64,000 nt of DNA from Candidatus Latescibacterota bacterium. GTDB taxonomy: Bacteria > Latescibacterota > UBA2968 > UBA8231. The position numbers were made by a program, and so were the translations under genes. Below the pieces are notes generated by a model, which saw only the letters and a program-made list of their open reading frames with translations, made no database searches and had not been told where the DNA came from. This document shows, piece after piece, positions 60,927-64,000 of this stretch; position 1 is the first letter of the stretch, and each line of letters begins with the position of its first letter. The stretch lies in NCBI GenBank assembly GCA_965223905.1, contig CBDCXV010000001.1, forward strand, positions 992,001-1,056,000, in the 5' to 3' direction.

Positions 60927-62120
60927 TCAGTGGGCGTGGCTTTCGCCGAATGCGCCCTTCTCCAGCTGGGCTTTCAGAACGAAGGCGCCTCGGGAGACAA
61001 AAGGCTGTCCCAATTCCAGCCCGGAGAGGATCTCGGCATGGGTGGGGTTGGCGCGGCCGACCTCAACGGGTTCGGGCGCAAATCCCTCGTCGGTCTCGAC
61101 AAAGACGACGGGGTGGTCTTCCAACATCTGGATGGCGGACCTTGGCACCAGGAGCGGCACGTCTATTCCCTCTACATCGATGGTGGCCGTGACAAAGGAG
61201 CCGGGCCGCCAATTGCCGTCCCGGTTGGGGAGCACGGTCCGAACCGTAGCTGTCCGCAGCATCTCGTTGATTATCGGGCTGATATAGTCCACAGTCCCCG
61301 TCGTTGAAGGGCCGCCCTGGCTGCCTTGGACATGGACGGTCTGGCCGACCCGCAGGAACGGCAGGTCCTTCTGATATGCCGTCAACAGAACCCAGACCGA
61401 ACGCAGGTCCGCCACGACGAAGGCCTCGAAATCCTCTTTCAGCACTTCACCCTGGGTTATGTGCTTGTAGATGATGGTCCCTGCGAAGGGGGCCCTTATT
61501 TCGTAGCGGGTAAAGCGTTTGTCGTCCTCGAAGGAGAGCTTCTCCAGGTAGGCCGCAGAATAGCCGAGGGCCCTCAGCTTCTGTTCGGCCACTCGCAGGT
61601 CGATCCGCGTTTCCGCCAGCCTGGTTCTGGCTTCGAGGAAAACCCGCTCCGAAGAGATGGACTGGGTCCACAGGGTTTCTTCCCGGTCGAAGGTTGCCTG
61701 GGCCAGCTCGAGGCGCTCCTGGGCCACCAGGTAGGCCGACATCATCTCGGACAGCTCCTGGCTTTCGAGAACGGCCAGGACCTCGTCCTGCTTCACCCGG
61801 TCGCCGATGTTGGCGTGGATCTCGGTGGCCACTCCCGGTACTCGGGGAACGATGTGAGCCAGCAGATTCGGATTCACCTGCACTTCTCCGGGAGTACTCA
61901 CCTGAACTGCCAATTGTCCCGAAGCGGCTTTCGCGACCTCGATGCCGAATTCCGCCCGTTCCGCCGCGCTCAGCCGTACCCTCTCCTCGGAGTTCTCGTG
62001 GTCCTCGGCAGCCCAGGCCGGCCGGTTCCAGGGAGAAAAGGCAGCTCCCTCTCCAAGCGCGAAGAGACCTGCCAGCAAACCTGTGATTCCCAGGCTCGTC
62101 GTGTAGATGCGCATTCTCAT
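60927..62120 (-). CDS. czcB: CzcB-like RND periplasmic adaptor (membrane fusion protein)
   Basis: HIVPRVPG, IRAPFAGTI, ADLRSVWV, RTATVR..LPN.DG.WRPG; ends HAH; GGAGAG RBS. Confidence 0.88.
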   Translation of the reverse strand: MRMRIYTTSLGITGLLAGLFALGEGAAFSPWNRPAWAAEDHENSEERVRLSAAERAEFGIEVAKAASGQLAVQVSTPGEVQVNPNLLAHIVPRVPGVATEIHANIGDRVKQDEVLAVLESQELSEMMSAYLVAQERLELAQATFDREETLWTQSISSERVFLEARTRLAETRIDLRVAEQKLRALGYSAAYLEKLSFEDDKRFTRYEIRAPFAGTIIYKHITQGEVLKEDFEAFVVADLRSVWVLLTAYQKDLPFLRVGQTVHVQGSQGGPSTTGTVDYISPIINEMLRTATVRTVLPNRDGNWRPGSFVTATIDVEGIDVPLLVPRSAIQMLEDHPVVFVETDEGFAPEPVEVGRANPTHAEILSGLELGQPFVSRGAFVLKAQLEKGAFGESHAH

Positions 62121-62208
62121 ACTCTCCGGGGATGGATGAGGACTCCTGTGGGATCGAGGAGAGGGCGCCAGGGATTCACGATTCAGCCTTCCCCCGCAGC
62201 GGCTCCAT

Positions 62209-63501
62209 TCAATTTGCCGCCGGGCACCTTGCAGGCAGAGGACCGGCGATCGCCCTCTCCAACGCAGCCTCGGCAGCGCGGTACGCGAACAGGACCTCGG
62301 CGTATTCCACACGTGTCTCGATCCAGGTGCGCTGGGCTTCCAACAGCTCCAGGTAGGAGGATTTGCCTTCCTCGTAGCTGCGGCCGGCCACCTCGAAGGA
62401 CCGCTCTGCTCCGGGCAGGATCCGGTCTTGGAACAGGGCCACCTGCTCCCCGGCGGTAACGAGATCGAGATAGGCCCGTTTCGTTTCGAAAAGGATCTGG
62501 TAGCGCATCGCCTCCCGTTCGGCCTCGACCCGGGCCGCTTCAGCCTTGGCTTCGGCTCGTTCGCCGCGCTGCCGGGAAAAGGCCCACAGGGGCACCTCCA
62601 TGGCGAAACGCAAACGCCAGGATTTCTCCTCGTGGCCTCCGTGACGCTGTTGGCGAGCCAGGCCAACAAGGAGATCCGGCAAGTAGGCGGCCGTTGACGC
62701 GGCCTGCCGGTTCTTCAGGGCTTGCAGCTGCAGCGCGATACCGGACAGGTCTGGGCGTTGCCGCAGGGCGGCTCCGGTCAATTGGTCGAGGTCTGCCCCG
62801 AAGGGCTGATAGAACAGACTGTCCGATATCGAAAACCGGGTCTGCAGCGGGCGCGCAAGGAGTGCATTGAGCTCGGTCTTTGCCACGGCCAGGTCGTTTT
62901 TCGCCGCGGTCAGGCGATTGGTGGCCCGTCCGACCTCGACCCTGGCCCGCATGACGTCCAACTGGGGCACATCCCCCGCTTCGAAACGGATATTGGCCTG
63001 GCGCAGAATGTCCCGGGCCAGTTCGAGGTCCTGGTGTGCATGCCGGAGCAGCGACCTTTTCAGGGCGATCCGGTCGTAGGTCCTCTTTGCCCGCATGCCC
63101 ATGTCGAGCCTGGCCATCTCGAAGAGGGCGAGACGGGCCGCTTCCCCCTGCCGGCGGCCGGCCTGGAAGCGATGCCACCACTTGAGAGGAAATTCAATTC
63201 GCTGGATGCCTCCGATCGAGCGTTCTCCGAAATTGCCCGGATTCCCCAGGTCGGGCACCTCTTCGAACTCCACTTCGAGCTCCGGGTCCGGGAGGGCTCC
63301 GTAAAGGCGCCCACGGGCGCGGGCGCCCTCCCAGGCATTGCGGGCGGCTTCCACTTCCGGGCTGCGCTCGACGACCATGCGCACGGCGTCGCTCCGCGAC
63401 AGGACTTCGGCATGCAGGTGAACCTGAGGAATCAGCCCTTCCGAGAGGAGAAGCACCAGGACCAGGGGGAGATACCTGACAGGTGACTCAGCTGATATCA
63501 T
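62209..63501 (-). CDS. czcC: CzcC/TolC-family outer membrane channel
   Basis: Signal peptide; LPDPEL, RFEAGDVPQLDV, RPDL, SYEEGKSSYLELLEAQR; GGAG RBS. Confidence 0.88.
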   Translation of the reverse strand: MISAESPVRYLPLVLVLLLSEGLIPQVHLHAEVLSRSDAVRMVVERSPEVEAARNAWEGARARGRLYGALPDPELEVEFEEVPDLGNPGNFGERSIGGIQRIEFPLKWWHRFQAGRRQGEAARLALFEMARLDMGMRAKRTYDRIALKRSLLRHAHQDLELARDILRQANIRFEAGDVPQLDVMRARVEVGRATNRLTAAKNDLAVAKTELNALLARPLQTRFSISDSLFYQPFGADLDQLTGAALRQRPDLSGIALQLQALKNRQAASTAAYLPDLLVGLARQQRHGGHEEKSWRLRFAMEVPLWAFSRQRGERAEAKAEAARVEAEREAMRYQILFETKRAYLDLVTAGEQVALFQDRILPGAERSFEVAGRSYEEGKSSYLELLEAQRTWIETRVEYAEVLFAYRAAEAALERAIAGPLPARCPAAN

Positions 63502-63593
63502 GGATGCTCCCAAAACAAGCAGGGGCTTCTGGTTCCGGGTCATCTTCCAGGCCTGGCGAAAAGGCAGACCTGAAATGGCGACCCCCTCTGCTG

Positions 63594-64000
63594 TCAGCGT
63601 TTCCCGGGGGCCAGATGCGGGCTCTGGCCGCCGAACAGCTCGGCCGCTTCCATCAGGGTTTCCGAAAGGGTGGGATGCGGGTGAATGGAGTGGCTCAGAT
63701 CGCTGGCCAGGGCCGCCATCTCGACGGCGAGAACCCCCTCGGCGATCAGCTCCCCGGCGCCGGCGCCGGCTACCCCGACGCCGAGCACCCGGCCGCTGGG
63801 CTTGCCGAGGATCAGCTTGGTGAGACCGTCGTTGCGATCCTGGGTGGTGGCGCGGCCGGAAGCTCCCCACGGGAATCGGGTGATCTCGACGTCGAGGCCA
63901 TCGGCCTTGGCCTCCTCCTCGGTCACCCCGCACCAGGCGACTTCGGGATCGGTGTACACGATGTTGGGAATGGCGTTCGGCTCGAAGGCGACGCGGTGAC
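63594..64000 (-). CDS. lpdA: Dihydrolipoamide dehydrogenase, C-terminal part (partial)
   Basis: [32 protein letters not shown], active-site IHPHPTLSE. Confidence 0.92.
   Translation of the reverse strand, partial: HRVAFEPNAIPNIVYTDPEVAWCGVTEEEAKADGLDVEITRFPWGASGRATTQDRNDGLTKLILGKPSGRVLGVGVAGAGAGELIAEGVLAVEMAALASDLSHSIHPHPTLSETLMEAAELFGGQSPHLAPGKR

Overview
GC-rich bacterial chromosomal window; most genes lie on the minus strand. The gene content (PorZ-like propeller protein, DUF4159/DUF4175, LptD, HNH-scpA-scpB-rluB-cmk-rpsA) suggests a diderm of the FCB neighbourhood such as Latescibacterota or Gemmatimonadota; this taxonomy is inference only. Left to right: (1) sufB-C-D-S-U Fe-S assembly operon with a palindromic operator over its -35 box; (2) an uncharacterised cluster PorZ-like, DUF4159, DUF4175, TPR, exported GATase-like, MoxR, DUF58, whose first gene appears to carry a 231-bp in-frame MITE-like insert; (3) housekeeping genes priA, rodZ, maf, dtd, lptD, rlmB, mutS, rpsA, cmk, rluB, scpB, scpA, an HNH gene, gcvH, accC, accB, efp and a TPR gene; (4) tRNA-Lys(CTT), an orphan ABC substrate-binding lipoprotein and gene remnants; (5) a tightly coupled plus-strand operon of an enolase-superfamily enzyme, a beta-decarboxylating dehydrogenase, a PhyH dioxygenase, two DmpA/BapA peptidases, a MutY-Nudix fusion and DUF368; (6) a TPR lytic transglycosylase; (7) a partly decayed metal-homeostasis island with ZIP, a degenerate IS701, a CDF pseudogene, a permease pseudogene split by an intact IS1380, and intact czcCBA-like genes, ending at the 3' part of lpdA. 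No CRISPR array or rRNA was seen. All family calls come from motif recognition by eye, not from database searches.
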